A stretch of DNA of 64,000 bases from Bacilli bacterium (GCA_041669265.1 JBAYBM010000002.1:2391-66390); one strand, 5' to 3'. Positions 50,556 through 61,666 are shown, numbered from the stretch's first letter. Notes: generated by a model not told the origin, from the letters alone. Program-made: numbers and translations.

Positions 50556-51427
50556 AGAGTGGCTTTATTGCCGTAATAGGAAGAACAAATGTTGGCAAAT
50601 CTTCAATAATTAATTTGATTGTAGGCAAAAAAATATCGATTGTATCACCAAAATGTCAGACTACACGTGATAGCATAAGAGGCATTTATAATGATGATGA
50701 TTGCCAAATTGTTTTTGTTGATACTCCAGGAATCCACAAACCAATTAATGAATTAGGTGAAATTATGGATAAAACTGCTTATAGAACAATTAGAGATTCT
50801 GATGCAGCAATGTTTGTTGTTGATGGAAGCAAAAAATTCGATGAAGGCGATCAGTTTTTATTTGATCATTTAAAATTTGATGTGCCTTTGGTTATAGTTT
50901 TTAATAAAATAGATTTAACTAAAATTGAAGTTATTTCTGAGCTTAAAGATATTTATAAAAAACAATTTCCAAATGCAATTATTGTTGAAAGTAGTGCAAA
51001 AGATGTTTTTGGTATTGATACTATTATAAAAGAACTAAAAAATCTCATTTCTGATGGACCTAAATTTTATGATAACAATGTTGTCACTGATAGAAGTGTT
51101 GCATTTCAAATTCAAGAAATTATAAGAGAAAATATCTTAAAACTAACTTCTAAAGAAGTTCCTCATGGTGTCGCAGTTATTTGTAATAGTGTAATAGATA
51201 AATCAAAAGAAATGTCTGTTGATGCTCAGATTATTTGTGAAAAAGAAGGGCAAAAAGGCATTCTTATTGGGCACGGTGGAAAAATGATAAAGAAGATAGG
51301 AACATCTTCTAGAATGCAAATAGGGAAGTACTTTGGTAAATATTGTGAACTTACATTAGTAGTTAAAGTAGTTGAAGATTGGCGTAATTCTAGTAGATAT
51401 TTAGTAAGTATTGGCTATGATTCTTAA
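50552..51427 (+). CDS. era: GTPase Era
   Basis: GRTNVGKSS, DTPG and NKID motifs plus a KH C-terminal domain. ATGA overlap with cdd. Confidence 0.93.
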   Translation: MKSGFIAVIGRTNVGKSSIINLIVGKKISIVSPKCQTTRDSIRGIYNDDDCQIVFVDTPGIHKPINELGEIMDKTAYRTIRDSDAAMFVVDGSKKFDEGDQFLFDHLKFDVPLVIVFNKIDLTKIEVISELKDIYKKQFPNAIIVESSAKDVFGIDTIIKELKNLISDGPKFYDNNVVTDRSVAFQIQEIIRENILKLTSKEVPHGVAVICNSVIDKSKEMSVDAQIICEKEGQKGILIGHGGKMIKKIGTSSRMQIGKYFGKYCELTLVVKVVEDWRNSSRYLVSIGYDS

Positions 51428-52155
51428 TGGAAGAAGTTAAAGGAATTATCATCTCTGTAACGAAATATCGTGAAAAAGATGCAATTATTAACATATTAAC
51501 AAAAGATAGGATTCTTACAGTTCAAGGGAGATCATCATTTTCTATAACAAGTAAAACTTTTCCTCTAATTAAGCTATTTACTAAGGGCACATTTGAAATC
51601 TATAAGGGAAATACGCCAAACTATAAATTAAAAGATGGAAATATTGATGAATATTATTTTAATTGCTTTGAAAACGATTATTTTGGATTAGTTACAAGTA
51701 ATTTTATTGAAGAAATAACTATTAAAATGCTTATTGACAACGAAATTAATAAATACAATTATATTTTATTGGAAAAATTTTTAGATTATTATTTAAAATA
51801 TAGCAATAATCGTTATTTTTTGGTTTTATTATATTTCGCAAAACTTTTAAAAATTAATGGAATAAGTATTAATTTTGATGAATGTGAAGTTTGTCATAAA
51901 AAGCTTAATTTGAATAAAATAGATTTTTCTAATGGCGGTGTTATTTGTTATCAATGCGATAATAATATAACAAATATGTCAATTAAATCATTTTCATTAT
52001 ATAAAAGTTTGTTTTTGCAAAAAATAGATGATGTTTTATGTGAGGAAATTACTTTAGAACAATTTAAAGAAATTTTTGATAACTTATGTATTCTTTTTGA
52101 AAGTTCGTTTGGCTTTAAATTAAATAGCCAAGTACTTATTGACAAAATTAAATAA
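51427..52155 (+). CDS. recO: DNA repair protein RecO
   Basis: 242 aa with an OB-fold N-terminus and zinc motif CEVCHKK...CYQC. Conserved position after era. Confidence 0.85.
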   Translation: MEEVKGIIISVTKYREKDAIINILTKDRILTVQGRSSFSITSKTFPLIKLFTKGTFEIYKGNTPNYKLKDGNIDEYYFNCFENDYFGLVTSNFIEEITIKMLIDNEINKYNYILLEKFLDYYLKYSNNRYFLVLLYFAKLLKINGISINFDECEVCHKKLNLNKIDFSNGGVICYQCDNNITNMSIKSFSLYKSLFLQKIDDVLCEEITLEQFKEIFDNLCILFESSFGFKLNSQVLIDKIK

Positions 52156-52171
52156 ATACACTGATAGTAGG

Positions 52172-52200
52172 TTGACAACATACTATTAAATAATTAAAAT
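52172..52200 (+). promoter_or_regulatory. putative sigma-A promoter upstream of glyQS
   Basis: -35 TTGACA (52172-52177), a 17-nt spacer, and -10 TAAAAT (52195-52200). Confidence 0.45.
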
Positions 52201-52224
52201 TAACGTTCGAAAAGAGGAAATATT

Positions 52225-53604
52225 ATGGATAATAAGGGAGTTTTTGATAAAATAACAACACATTTACAAAAAACTGGATTTGTATATCAAGGTTCACAAA
52301 TTTATGGTGGGTTGTCAAATACTTGGGATTATGGTCCTTTAGGAAGTGAATTGAAAAACAATTTACAAAATTTATGGTGGAAAAAGTTTGTTCATGAATC
52401 TCCTACAAATGTAGGTATTGATGCTGCAATTTTAATGAATCCAAATGTATGGGTTGCTACTGGACATGTCACTACATTTAATGATCCTTTAATTGATTGC
52501 AAGGAATGTCATGGAAGATTTAGAGCAGATCAATTAATTGAAGCTCAATATCCTGATGTTGATGTTAATGGAATGACGATGGATGATATGAATAAATTTA
52601 TGTCTGAACATCCATTAAAATGCCCAACTTGTGGCAAAAGTAATTTTACTGATATTAGGCAATTTAATATGATGTTTAAGACACATATTGGTGTTACAGA
52701 AGATACAAAGAGTTTGGTATATTTAAGACCAGAAACTGCTCAAGGAGTATTTGTTAATTTTGCAAATGTTCAAAGAACTACAAGAAGAAAAATCCCTTTT
52801 GGTATTTGTAATGTTGGAAAAGCTTTCAGAAATGAGATTACACCAGGGAATTTTACTTTTAGAATGAGAGAATTTACTCAAATGGAGATGGAATTCTTTT
52901 GTAAACCTGGAACAGATTTAGATTGGTTTAAGTATTGGAAGAATTTTTCTATTAGCTTTGTCAAATCTTTAGGTGTTAAAGATGATAAATTAAGATTCAG
53001 AGATCACGAACCTCAAGAACTAGCTTTTTATAGCAAAGGAACTACTGATATTGAATATTTATTTCCGTTTGGTTGGGGAGAAATTTGGGGTATTGCCGAT
53101 AGAACTGATTATGATTTAACCAAACATATGAAATTTAGTGGTGAGAGTCTTGAATATCTTGATCCTGAAACTAATGAAAAATATACTCCTTATGTTATAG
53201 AACCATCCTTAGGACTTGATAGATTATTTTTAATGGTTGTAACTGATGCATACGATGAAGAAGTTTTAGAAAAAGGTGATACAAGAGTTGTTATGCATTT
53301 AGCTCCTTTCTTAGCTCCATATAAAGTTGCAATTTTACCATTAAGTAAACAATTATCAAAAAATGCGCAAGAAATCTTTAATTCCTTGGTTCCTTATTTA
53401 ACTGCTACTTTTGATGAAACTGGATCAATTGGTAAGAGATATAGACGAAATGATGAAATTGGAACACCTTTCTGTGTTACTTATGATTTTGATAGTGTTA
53501 ACGATGGTTGTGTTACAGTACGTGAAAGAGATTCAATGAAACAAGAACGTATTAAAATATCAGAATTAAAAGACTATTTAATGGAGAAAACATTTTATAA
53601 ATAA
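52225..53604 (+). CDS. glyQS: glycine--tRNA ligase (homodimeric class II type)
   Basis: 459 aa with class II motifs ([39 protein letters not shown]). Confidence 0.93.
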   Translation: MDNKGVFDKITTHLQKTGFVYQGSQIYGGLSNTWDYGPLGSELKNNLQNLWWKKFVHESPTNVGIDAAILMNPNVWVATGHVTTFNDPLIDCKECHGRFRADQLIEAQYPDVDVNGMTMDDMNKFMSEHPLKCPTCGKSNFTDIRQFNMMFKTHIGVTEDTKSLVYLRPETAQGVFVNFANVQRTTRRKIPFGICNVGKAFRNEITPGNFTFRMREFTQMEMEFFCKPGTDLDWFKYWKNFSISFVKSLGVKDDKLRFRDHEPQELAFYSKGTTDIEYLFPFGWGEIWGIADRTDYDLTKHMKFSGESLEYLDPETNEKYTPYVIEPSLGLDRLFLMVVTDAYDEEVLEKGDTRVVMHLAPFLAPYKVAILPLSKQLSKNAQEIFNSLVPYLTATFDETGSIGKRYRRNDEIGTPFCVTYDFDSVNDGCVTVRERDSMKQERIKISELKDYLMEKTFYK

Positions 53605-55475
53605 TGGCAGATAATTTAATTGATATTGGCAAAGAAATATTAAAACAAGTTGATATTGTAGATATAATATCAAGTTTTATTAAGGTTACAAAAAAAGGCA
53701 GAAACTACGTTGCTATCTGTCCTTTTCATAATGATACAAATCCCTCTTTAACAATCTCCCAAGAAAAGCAGATATTTAAATGCTTTACATGTGGAGTAGG
53801 TGGAGATGGAATTACATTTGTAAGAAGATATAAGAATTGTTCTTATTTAGATGCCTTAAAAATTGTTGCTAGTATTGGTGGTATAAAAGACGAAAGACTA
53901 GAAAAAAAACAGAACAATGTAATAAGTGAAGATCTACAGCATGTCTATGATTGTCTTGATAAAATTAATTCTTATTATGAATTATTTTTGTTTCAAAGCG
54001 ATGATGGAAGAAATATTGGGCTGAAATATTTTCATGATAGAGGTTTGACAGATGATATCATTAGAGAGTTTTCTTTAGGTTTTTCACCAATTGATGGTGA
54101 AAAGCTTCCTGAACGATTATTAAACGATGGTTTTTCTTTAAAGACTATAGAAAAGACTGGTATTGGTCTTGTTTATAATCAAAAAATCAAAGATAACAAC
54201 TGTGGTAGAGTTATTTTTTCTATTAAGGATGGTGAAGGTCATATAGTAGGATTTAGTGCAAGAAGTTTAACAAATGATAAATCTATTGCTAAATATGTTA
54301 ATTCTCCTGAAACAAATGGTGGTGTTTTTAAAAAAAGTAAAATTTTATATAACTTTTCAAATGCTAAGGATGAAGCTAGAAGATTAAAATTTGTATATGT
54401 GGTTGAAGGTTTTATGGATGCAATTGCTGTCAATAGAGCTGGTTTTAAAAATGTTGTTGCTCTTATGGGAACTGCATTAACTGCTGATCACATCAATTTA
54501 TTACGTTACTTAAATTGTGAAGTTAGATTATGTTTAGATAATGATAATCCGGGGCAAGATGCTATGATGAAAAACTCTCGTTTGCTTGCTGATAAAGGAA
54601 TTAAATTTAGATTAGTCAATAATAAACAGGTTGTTAACGGAAAAGATAGCGATGAAATATTAAAAAATAGTGGTAGTGAAGGATTATCATCTTATCTAAA
54701 TAATCTTATTTCTGAAGGAGAATTTATTCTTAATTATTATTCTAAAAATATGGATTTATCCCAAATTATTAATAAAAAACAAGTTTTAATCAATTTTATT
54801 CCTTTCTTAGTTACTGTTAAGGATCAACTTGATAAAGAAATATATATAAAGCAAGTTTCTCAACTAACTGGTTATTCAATTGATACTATTAACGGTCAAA
54901 TAAAAAGATATATCGAAAGGCAATCAACTAAAAGCGAAACTATTGATAAAAATGTTAGTACAATTCTTAAAAGCAAACATTCTATGCCTAAAGAATTAAA
55001 TGATATGCAATTATGTGAAAGACAAATATTAAGATATATGCTTGAGAATAAAGAAGCTGTTAATCTTTATAACGAAAAACTTGGTTATTTACCAACTGAT
55101 TCTTATAGAGAAATTGCTACGTTAATTGAAGAATACAGTTCAAAAAACGCCGAAAACAATTATTCTGCAAATGATATTATTGGTTTTGTTGATGCACTTG
55201 GTGAAGAAGATAATATTAAAAATAAGGACGATATTATCAATACTATTAGTGATTTATCTTTTGATAACAACAGTAATTTTCCACCATATTCTAAAGATGC
55301 ATTTGTCGATTGTATTTATTTAATTAATGAGAAGAAAGAATTTAGAAGGTCGTATCAAGCTTATGAAGAAAATACTATTGGAAAAGATGAAAAAGATAAA
55401 GCTGAGCAAGCAAAAATTCTTTTAGAAAAAAGAAAAGCTCTTTTAGAAAAAAGAGAGAAGGAGAGAAATAAATAA
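53604..55475 (+). CDS. dnaG: DNA primase
   Basis: Zinc finger CPFHNDTNPSLTISQEKQIFKCFTCG and a TOPRIM domain (VVEGFMDAI ... CLDNDNPG). TAATG overlap with glyQS. Confidence 0.93.
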   Translation: MADNLIDIGKEILKQVDIVDIISSFIKVTKKGRNYVAICPFHNDTNPSLTISQEKQIFKCFTCGVGGDGITFVRRYKNCSYLDALKIVASIGGIKDERLEKKQNNVISEDLQHVYDCLDKINSYYELFLFQSDDGRNIGLKYFHDRGLTDDIIREFSLGFSPIDGEKLPERLLNDGFSLKTIEKTGIGLVYNQKIKDNNCGRVIFSIKDGEGHIVGFSARSLTNDKSIAKYVNSPETNGGVFKKSKILYNFSNAKDEARRLKFVYVVEGFMDAIAVNRAGFKNVVALMGTALTADHINLLRYLNCEVRLCLDNDNPGQDAMMKNSRLLADKGIKFRLVNNKQVVNGKDSDEILKNSGSEGLSSYLNNLISEGEFILNYYSKNMDLSQIINKKQVLINFIPFLVTVKDQLDKEIYIKQVSQLTGYSIDTINGQIKRYIERQSTKSETIDKNVSTILKSKHSMPKELNDMQLCERQILRYMLENKEAVNLYNEKLGYLPTDSYREIATLIEEYSSKNAENNYSANDIIGFVDALGEEDNIKNKDDIINTISDLSFDNNSNFPPYSKDAFVDCIYLINEKKEFRRSYQAYEENTIGKDEKDKAEQAKILLEKRKALLEKREKERNK

Positions 55476-56398
55476 TGGAAAAATTAAATTATTCAAATAA
55501 AAAGTCTCTTTCAAACATGAGCTCAGCAATTATTAAAAATAATGGTGTTATAGTTTCAAATGAATATAAAGATTTATTAACAAGATATTTTGATGATTTT
55601 AGAAATTTACCTTTATTAAGTTTCAAAGAAGAACAGCAATTATTTAAAAAAGTAGCTTCTAATGATAGCAAAGCAAAAGATAAGATTATTGTTTCAAATT
55701 TAAGGCTTGTTATAGTTATAGCAAAAAAATATTCTGGTTATGGTATCCCTTTGTTAGATTTAATACAAGAAGGGAACATTGGATTATTAAAAGCAATTGA
55801 AAAGTTCGATTATAAAAAGAAAAACAAGTTTTCTACTTATGCCTATTGGTGGATTAAAGAATCTATTTCTAGGTATCTATTGTTACAATCTAATGTGATT
55901 CGATATCCAGTTTATACTTATGAAATTTCTAAACGTTATAGTGCTATAGAGCAAAAACTTGTACAAGAACTTGGCCGAAAACCAACTAATGTCGAGGTAA
56001 GTAATAAATTTCAAAGTGAATATGAATTTCAAGACTTTAAAGTTGTTGAGGATATAAGAAATTATACTATTTCATTAGACCAAAATATTACCGATAACGA
56101 TGATTCTAAAATTATTGATATAATTCCTGATTCTTCCGATGTTTCGCCAACAATTTATTGCTCTAGAAATTCTTTGCATTCATTAATATATGATTGTTTA
56201 ACAACACTAACAAAACGTGAGCAATTAATTATTGTATTGAGATATGGATTAGATGGAAATGAAGCTCTTACTCTAAACGAAACTGCAATACTAATTGGTG
56301 TATCAAAAGAGAGAATTCGACAAATAGAATTTAGGGCAATCAAAAAACTTCGCCATCCATGTATAGAAAAACATTTAGAGGATTATCGATATGACTAA
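55475..56398 (+). CDS. RpoD-like sigma-70 family paralogue (regions 1.2 to 4.2 present, no acidic region 1.1)
   Basis: DLIQEGNIGLLKAIEKFDYKKKNKFSTYAYWWIKESISRYL (region 2) and TLNETAILIGVSKERIRQIEFRAIKKLRHP (region 4.2) are collinear with the sigA product downstream. Both proteins end in RYD. TAATG overlap with dnaG and an 8-nt overlap with trmK. Confidence 0.85.
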   Translation: MEKLNYSNKKSLSNMSSAIIKNNGVIVSNEYKDLLTRYFDDFRNLPLLSFKEEQQLFKKVASNDSKAKDKIIVSNLRLVIVIAKKYSGYGIPLLDLIQEGNIGLLKAIEKFDYKKKNKFSTYAYWWIKESISRYLLLQSNVIRYPVYTYEISKRYSAIEQKLVQELGRKPTNVEVSNKFQSEYEFQDFKVVEDIRNYTISLDQNITDNDDSKIIDIIPDSSDVSPTIYCSRNSLHSLIYDCLTTLTKREQLIIVLRYGLDGNEALTLNETAILIGVSKERIRQIEFRAIKKLRHPCIEKHLEDYRYD

Positions 56399-57056
56399 TT
56401 CAAAAAGAATTGCAGCAATTGAAAGTTTTATAGATATTAATGATAATGTTGCAGATATTGGTAGTGATCATGGGTATTTGCTTATAGACTTATATAAAAT
56501 GAATCACGATGGTAGGCTACTTGGTGTTGAAAATAAAAAAGGGCCTTTCAAAATATTAAGTGATAATATTCATGAAATTGATAAAAACTCATTAATTAAG
56601 ATAAGTTTATCAGATGGGCTAGATGATGTTGATACAAAAGCATTTGAAACAATTGTAATTGCTGGTATGGGATTCGATTCAATAAAGCAAATATTAGATA
56701 GAAATATTAATAAGGTATCCAATATAGAGAAATTGATTGTTGATTCACATACTAAAAATAAAGAACTAAGAGAATATTTAATTAATCTTGGTTTTCAAAT
56801 TGATGATGAAGAAATAATATTTGAAAAAGGCAAATATTATGAGATTGAAGTATTTATAAAAGGGCAAAAGAAATACTCTCAAATTCAGATTAAATATGGG
56901 CCAATTTTATTAAAAGAAAAGTCGATTGATTTCATTAATAAATATAAAGATGAGTTGATAAAATTGGAAGATTTGGTTAATAATGATAAAATTACTAAGG
57001 GCAAAAAAGATTTATTAATCAATGAAATAATTGAAAAAAAGGAAATAATTAGTTAA
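56391..57056 (+). CDS. trmK: tRNA (adenine22-N1)-methyltransferase
   Basis: 221 aa with VADIGSDHGYL and VIAGMG motifs typical of TrmK/YqfN. Confidence 0.85.
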   Translation: MTNSKRIAAIESFIDINDNVADIGSDHGYLLIDLYKMNHDGRLLGVENKKGPFKILSDNIHEIDKNSLIKISLSDGLDDVDTKAFETIVIAGMGFDSIKQILDRNINKVSNIEKLIVDSHTKNKELREYLINLGFQIDDEEIIFEKGKYYEIEVFIKGQKKYSQIQIKYGPILLKEKSIDFINKYKDELIKLEDLVNNDKITKGKKDLLINEIIEKKEIIS

Positions 57057-57074
57057 TTTCAAGGAGGAAATTAT

Positions 57075-58310
57075 ATGAGTACAAAGAAAGATAACAAAAT
57101 AAATGAATTATTTGATTTAAGTAATTTAGAAGATGAAGATAGAGAGCAACATCAAGCTTTTATAAATTTAGTTAAAAAATATGAAAAAGACGGAAAGACC
57201 GAAAAAGAATTTGACCAAGAAGCTTTTTTAGACGATTCAACACAATTAGATCCATCAGATGATCAATTAGATTTAGCATTGCAATATTTTAAGAGTATTG
57301 GCTATAAAATAATTGATAAAGTCGATGATGAAGATGAGGATGTTGATGAATCTAAAATTAATGAAATGAATGAAGAAGATGAAGATGTTGACGAAATAGA
57401 TGAAAGTAATTTGAATGATGATGAAAAGGAAGTTTCTAACCTTGATGTTAATAATTTTAGTGGTGATGACATTAAAATTACTGATAGTGTAAAAATGTAC
57501 CTAAAAGATATTGGTAAGGTTAGATTATTAAAACCAGATGAAGAACTTGAAATTGCAAAAAGAGTCGCTGCTGGTGATAAGTATTCAAAAGATTTATTAA
57601 TTACATCTAATTTAAGATTGGTTGTTTCAATTGCTAGAAAATATTTAGGTAGAGGAATGCATCTATTAGATTTAATTCAAGAAGGAAATTTAGGATTGAT
57701 GAAAGCAGTTGAAAAGTTTGATTATACCAAGGGATTTAAGTTTTCTACTTATGCTACATGGTGGATTAGACAAGCAATAACTAGAGCTATTGCTGACCAA
57801 GCTAGGACAATTAGAATCCCTGTTCATATGGTTGAAACAATTAATAAAATTTCTAGAGTTCAAAGACAATTAGTACAAGAATTAGGGCGTGAGCCAACAG
57901 CAGAAGAGATTTCTAAAAAAATGAATGGTATTGTCTCTCCAGCAAAAATTAGAGAAATTCAACAAATTGCACAAGAACCTGTTTCACTTGAAACTCCAAT
58001 AGGTGAAGAAGATGATTCACATTTAGGTGATTTTGTTGAAGATAAAGAAAGCTTATCTCCAAGTGATTACACAACAAGAGAGATGGTTCGTGAATTGCTA
58101 TCATCAACAATGAACACTTTAAGCGATCGTGAAGAAAAAGTTCTAAGATTAAGATATGGTATTGACGATAATAAACCAAAAACACTTGAAGAAGTTGGAA
58201 AAGAATTTGGTGTTACTCGTGAAAGAATTAGACAAATCGAAGCTAAGGCTATTAAAAAATTGAAAAACCCTTGTAAGTCTAAAAAACTTGATGAATGTCG
58301 TTATGATTAA
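57075..58310 (+). CDS. sigA: primary RNA polymerase sigma factor
   Basis: Acidic region 1.1, then [65 protein letters not shown] and [28 protein letters not shown]. Confidence 0.95.
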   Translation: MSTKKDNKINELFDLSNLEDEDREQHQAFINLVKKYEKDGKTEKEFDQEAFLDDSTQLDPSDDQLDLALQYFKSIGYKIIDKVDDEDEDVDESKINEMNEEDEDVDEIDESNLNDDEKEVSNLDVNNFSGDDIKITDSVKMYLKDIGKVRLLKPDEELEIAKRVAAGDKYSKDLLITSNLRLVVSIARKYLGRGMHLLDLIQEGNLGLMKAVEKFDYTKGFKFSTYATWWIRQAITRAIADQARTIRIPVHMVETINKISRVQRQLVQELGREPTAEEISKKMNGIVSPAKIREIQQIAQEPVSLETPIGEEDDSHLGDFVEDKESLSPSDYTTREMVRELLSSTMNTLSDREEKVLRLRYGIDDNKPKTLEEVGKEFGVTRERIRQIEAKAIKKLKNPCKSKKLDECRYD

Positions 58311-58379
58311 TTATAATTATAAATTAGTAATTATTTAGTATAAAAATAGTTGAAACAAACTATAAGAAAAGGTTGGTAT

Positions 58380-59732
58380 ATGAAATTTACATCATATGAT
58401 TTAAAAGAAAAAACAACGTTTGCTTTGGAACAAAACGGTTATCTTTATGCAACTGAAGTTCAAAATAAAGTAATTCCAATTGCCTTAAAAGGTGAGAATG
58501 TTATAGTTCAAAGTGAGACTGGAAGTGGAAAGACTCATGCTTTTTTGGTACCTATAATAGATAGAGTCGTTTTAGATAAAAAAGTACAAGCAATTATTAT
58601 CGATCCTACGCGTGAACTTGCTAGGCAAACGTATGATTTTGCAACAAAATTGGCTAAGTGCCTACCAAATTTAACAATAAAACTTTTTGCTGGTGGAGAA
58701 GAGACATCAAGAGATGTCGAATCTTTTAAAAATTCTAGTGAAATTATTGTTGCAACTCCTGGTAGACTTAAATATCTCGTTGATTTTTTAGATGAGAAAA
58801 ATAGCGATGTTAAAACTATTGTACTTGATGAAGCAGACATGTTAATGGAAAATGGATTTTTATCCGATATAGACGCCATTATTAAAAAATTTAAACATCC
58901 ACAAATTGAGGTTTTTAGTGCCACAATCAATAAAGCTGTCGAAATTTTTTTAAAAAAATATATTCCTAAAAGTGATGTTATTAGAATAAATAAGAAAAAC
59001 TCTACTTCGACTACAGTAAAACATTTTCTGATTAATACAAAACATAAAGATCAATTTGAAACCGTTCAAAAATTTCTTAACATTAAGAATCCTTATTTAG
59101 CGATGGTTTTTACAAATTCTCAAGAAATTACGCGTAAGCTATATAATTTTTTATCAATCAACGGATTCAAATGCGGAATTTTGAGTGGTGAATTAGAAGC
59201 TAGAGAAAGAAAATCAATGCTAAGAAGAATAAATAATGACGAATTTAGAGTTATTGTATGTACTGATATTGCTTCAAGAGGGCTTGATATTGAGGATGTA
59301 AGCGATGTTTTGAGTGTTGATTTGCCAAATAATCTTGAATATTATTTTCATAGAGCTGGGAGATGTGGAAGAAATTTTAAAGAAGGAAACTCATATGTTT
59401 TTTATGATTTAGACCACATTGAAAAAGCAAAAAAATTAATAGATTCTGGTATAAAATTTGAATATTTGAAATTTAGCGAAGATGGTCTTGTTTCTGATAA
59501 ACCTATTGATAGGGAAGGACCAAAAAGAAAGCACAAAGACCAAGAATTAGAAAAAGAAATTCAAATTGCTAAGCATAATGCTTATTCTAAAAGAGTAAAG
59601 CCTGGCTATAAAAGAAAAGTTCGTTTAGCTGTTGATAAAGCAAAAAGAAGACATAAAAGAAAAATTATTCAAAAAGATATTCGAAGACAAATGAATGAAA
59701 GATATAAAAAAGAAGGAAATAAATATGAATGA
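58380..59732 (+). CDS. cshB: DEAD-box ATP-dependent RNA helicase with a Lys/Arg-rich tail
   Basis: SETGSGKTHAF, PTRELA, DEAD, SAT and HRAGRCGR motifs. The ATG at 58380 is preferred. The position before nfo matches B. subtilis cshB. Confidence 0.85.
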   Translation: MKFTSYDLKEKTTFALEQNGYLYATEVQNKVIPIALKGENVIVQSETGSGKTHAFLVPIIDRVVLDKKVQAIIIDPTRELARQTYDFATKLAKCLPNLTIKLFAGGEETSRDVESFKNSSEIIVATPGRLKYLVDFLDEKNSDVKTIVLDEADMLMENGFLSDIDAIIKKFKHPQIEVFSATINKAVEIFLKKYIPKSDVIRINKKNSTSTTVKHFLINTKHKDQFETVQKFLNIKNPYLAMVFTNSQEITRKLYNFLSINGFKCGILSGELEARERKSMLRRINNDEFRVIVCTDIASRGLDIEDVSDVLSVDLPNNLEYYFHRAGRCGRNFKEGNSYVFYDLDHIEKAKKLIDSGIKFEYLKFSEDGLVSDKPIDREGPKRKHKDQELEKEIQIAKHNAYSKRVKPGYKRKVRLAVDKAKRRHKRKIIQKDIRRQMNERYKKEGNKYE

Positions 59733-60630
59733 TGAAATTCTTATTGGGTCTCATATTGGTATGGGAAGTCCTGATTTTTTTCTTGGAACATGTGAAAAAG
59801 CTATAAGTTTTAATGAAAATACATTTATGTTTTATACCGGTGCTCCACAAAACTCTGTACGTGTGCCTTTAGAAAAATGCAAAATAAAAGAAGGGTTGGA
59901 ACTTTTAAAAAAGAACAATATAGATATAACTAATTGTATTGTTCATGCACCTTATATCATCAATTTAGCAAATAGTATCGATGAAAACAAGTTTTTAGCG
60001 TCTGAAGAAATTCTAAAAAATGAATTGAAACGTACATTTGCCTTTGGTACTAAAATACTTGTTTTACATCCAGGTTCTCATGTAGGAGCAGGTGAAAAAG
60101 CTGGTTTAGATCAATTAATTCTTGGGTTAAATGATGTATTGAAAGTTGATACAACAGATGTTGTCATTGCAATAGAGACAATGGCCGGGAAAGGAAATGA
60201 AATTGGCTCTTCTTTTGAAAATATTGCTTATATCTTAAATAATTGTAAGTATCAAAATAGACTTGGTGTTTGTTTAGATACATGTCATATAAACGACGCT
60301 GGTTATGATGTTTTTGATGAGGATAACGTTATAAATGAATTTGATAGAATTATTGGATTACAGAATTTAAAAGTAATGCATATAAATGATTCTAAAAATC
60401 CTAGAAGTAGCCATAAAGATAGACATGAAAACTATGGTTTTGGTGAGATTGGATATGAAACTTTAAACAAGTTTGTTTTTGATAAAAGATTAATTAATAT
60501 TCCAAAAATATTAGAAACCCCATATGTTGGTAGCATTCCTCCATATAAAGAAGAAATAGCTATGATTAAAAGCGGAATATTTGATCCCGAATTAAGAAAT
60601 AAATTATTAAAAGAGAGTATTAAAAATTAG
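59725..60630 (+). CDS. nfo: endonuclease IV
   Basis: The ATG at 59725 overlaps the cshB stop by 8 nt. Motifs are LVLHPGSH, IAIETMAG, CLDTCH and HINDS. Confidence 0.92.
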   Translation: MNDEILIGSHIGMGSPDFFLGTCEKAISFNENTFMFYTGAPQNSVRVPLEKCKIKEGLELLKKNNIDITNCIVHAPYIINLANSIDENKFLASEEILKNELKRTFAFGTKILVLHPGSHVGAGEKAGLDQLILGLNDVLKVDTTDVVIAIETMAGKGNEIGSSFENIAYILNNCKYQNRLGVCLDTCHINDAGYDVFDEDNVINEFDRIIGLQNLKVMHINDSKNPRSSHKDRHENYGFGEIGYETLNKFVFDKRLINIPKILETPYVGSIPPYKEEIAMIKSGIFDPELRNKLLKESIKN

Positions 60631-61666
60631 ATTTTTCAATTTCTTTAATTAATTCATTATAGGCATCTTTTTTAGATGTCTTTTTTATAGTTATTCCTTT
60701 TTTAAAAATAATATAGCAATTTTTTCCACCTGCTAAACCAATATCAGATTCTTTTCCTTCACCAATTCCATTAACTATACAACCCATAATTGAAACAGTA
60801 ATGTTAATTTTGTGTTCCATTAAGTATTTTTCTATTTTTTTGGCAATATTTTTTGTATTTGAAACTTCACATCTACCACAAGTTGGACATGATATTATTG
60901 TTGGTAAATCGTGTCTGAGATTTAGATCATTAAGAAGTTTTCTTGCAGTTAAAACCTCTTTATATGGATCTTTTGATAAAGAAATTCTTATTGTATTACC
61001 AATTCCATTCATTAAAAGTGGGGCAATAGCACTTAATGATCTAATGATTCCATTTTCATCAAATCCAGATTCAGTTACTCCGATATGTAATGGATAAGAA
61101 GTTTTTTGACTAATTAACATATAAGATTTATATGTTTTTATTGGATCACTACTTTTTAATGATATTACAATATTATGAAAATTATGTTTTTCAAAAAAAT
61201 GTACATACTTAATTGCTAAATTAACTAATGTTTTTTCATCAATAACTTTCTTATCTAAAATTGAGCCTTGATTTACGCCAATTCTAATTGCAACATTGTT
61301 CTTTTTTGCAGCTTCAATTATTTCGATAAGTTGAGCCTTATTTTTAATATTTCCTGGATTAATTCTAATTTTATCTGCTCCATTATTTATGGATAGAAGT
61401 GCTAATTTATAATTGAAATGTATATCAGCAATTAAAGGAATTGAAATTTGTTTTTTAATTTGCTTTATCGCTTTTGCATCTTTAATATCTAAAACACTAA
61501 CTCTAATTAAATTACATCCAAGTTCTTCACATTTTTTTATTTGTTTAACCACAGATTTAATACGAGAAGTTTTAATATCGCACATGGTTTGAATTAATAC
61601 ATCATTATTTCCACCAAGAGAAATATTTCCGATTTTTATTTGTTTTGTTTGATATCTCTTAAACAT
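60620..61666 (-). CDS. ispG: 4-hydroxy-3-methylbut-2-en-1-yl diphosphate synthase (MEP pathway)
   Basis: 348 aa with a TIM-barrel N-domain (RINPGN) and an Fe-S domain with SCPTCGRC. Confidence 0.92.
   Translation of the reverse strand: MFKRYQTKQIKIGNISLGGNNDVLIQTMCDIKTSRIKSVVKQIKKCEELGCNLIRVSVLDIKDAKAIKQIKKQISIPLIADIHFNYKLALLSINNGADKIRINPGNIKNKAQLIEIIEAAKKNNVAIRIGVNQGSILDKKVIDEKTLVNLAIKYVHFFEKHNFHNIVISLKSSDPIKTYKSYMLISQKTSYPLHIGVTESGFDENGIIRSLSAIAPLLMNGIGNTIRISLSKDPYKEVLTARKLLNDLNLRHDLPTIISCPTCGRCEVSNTKNIAKKIEKYLMEHKINITVSIMGCIVNGIGEGKESDIGLAGGKNCYIIFKKGITIKKTSKKDAYNELIKEIEKSNF

Noticed and set aside
52156-52224. Expected T-box leader upstream of glyQS
   Set aside because: The gap is only 69 nt and contains a promoter-like TTGACA/TAAAAT pair but no T-box sequence or terminator. 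This glyQS is evidently not T-box regulated.
57320-57420. Internal near-repeat GAAGATGA(G/A)GATGTTGA(T/C)GAA in sigA
   Set aside because: It encodes the duplicated EDEDVDE acidic stretch of region 1.1. This is ordinary low-complexity coding sequence, not a regulatory repeat.
58535-58930. 131-aa antisense ORF inside the DEAD-box helicase gene
   Set aside because: It is the mirror frame of the conserved helicase motifs Ia to II. It has no RBS and a Ser/Ile-rich product.
60801-61097. 98-aa + strand ORF inside ispG
   Set aside because: It is antisense to the conserved IspG Fe-S domain and is a frame artefact.
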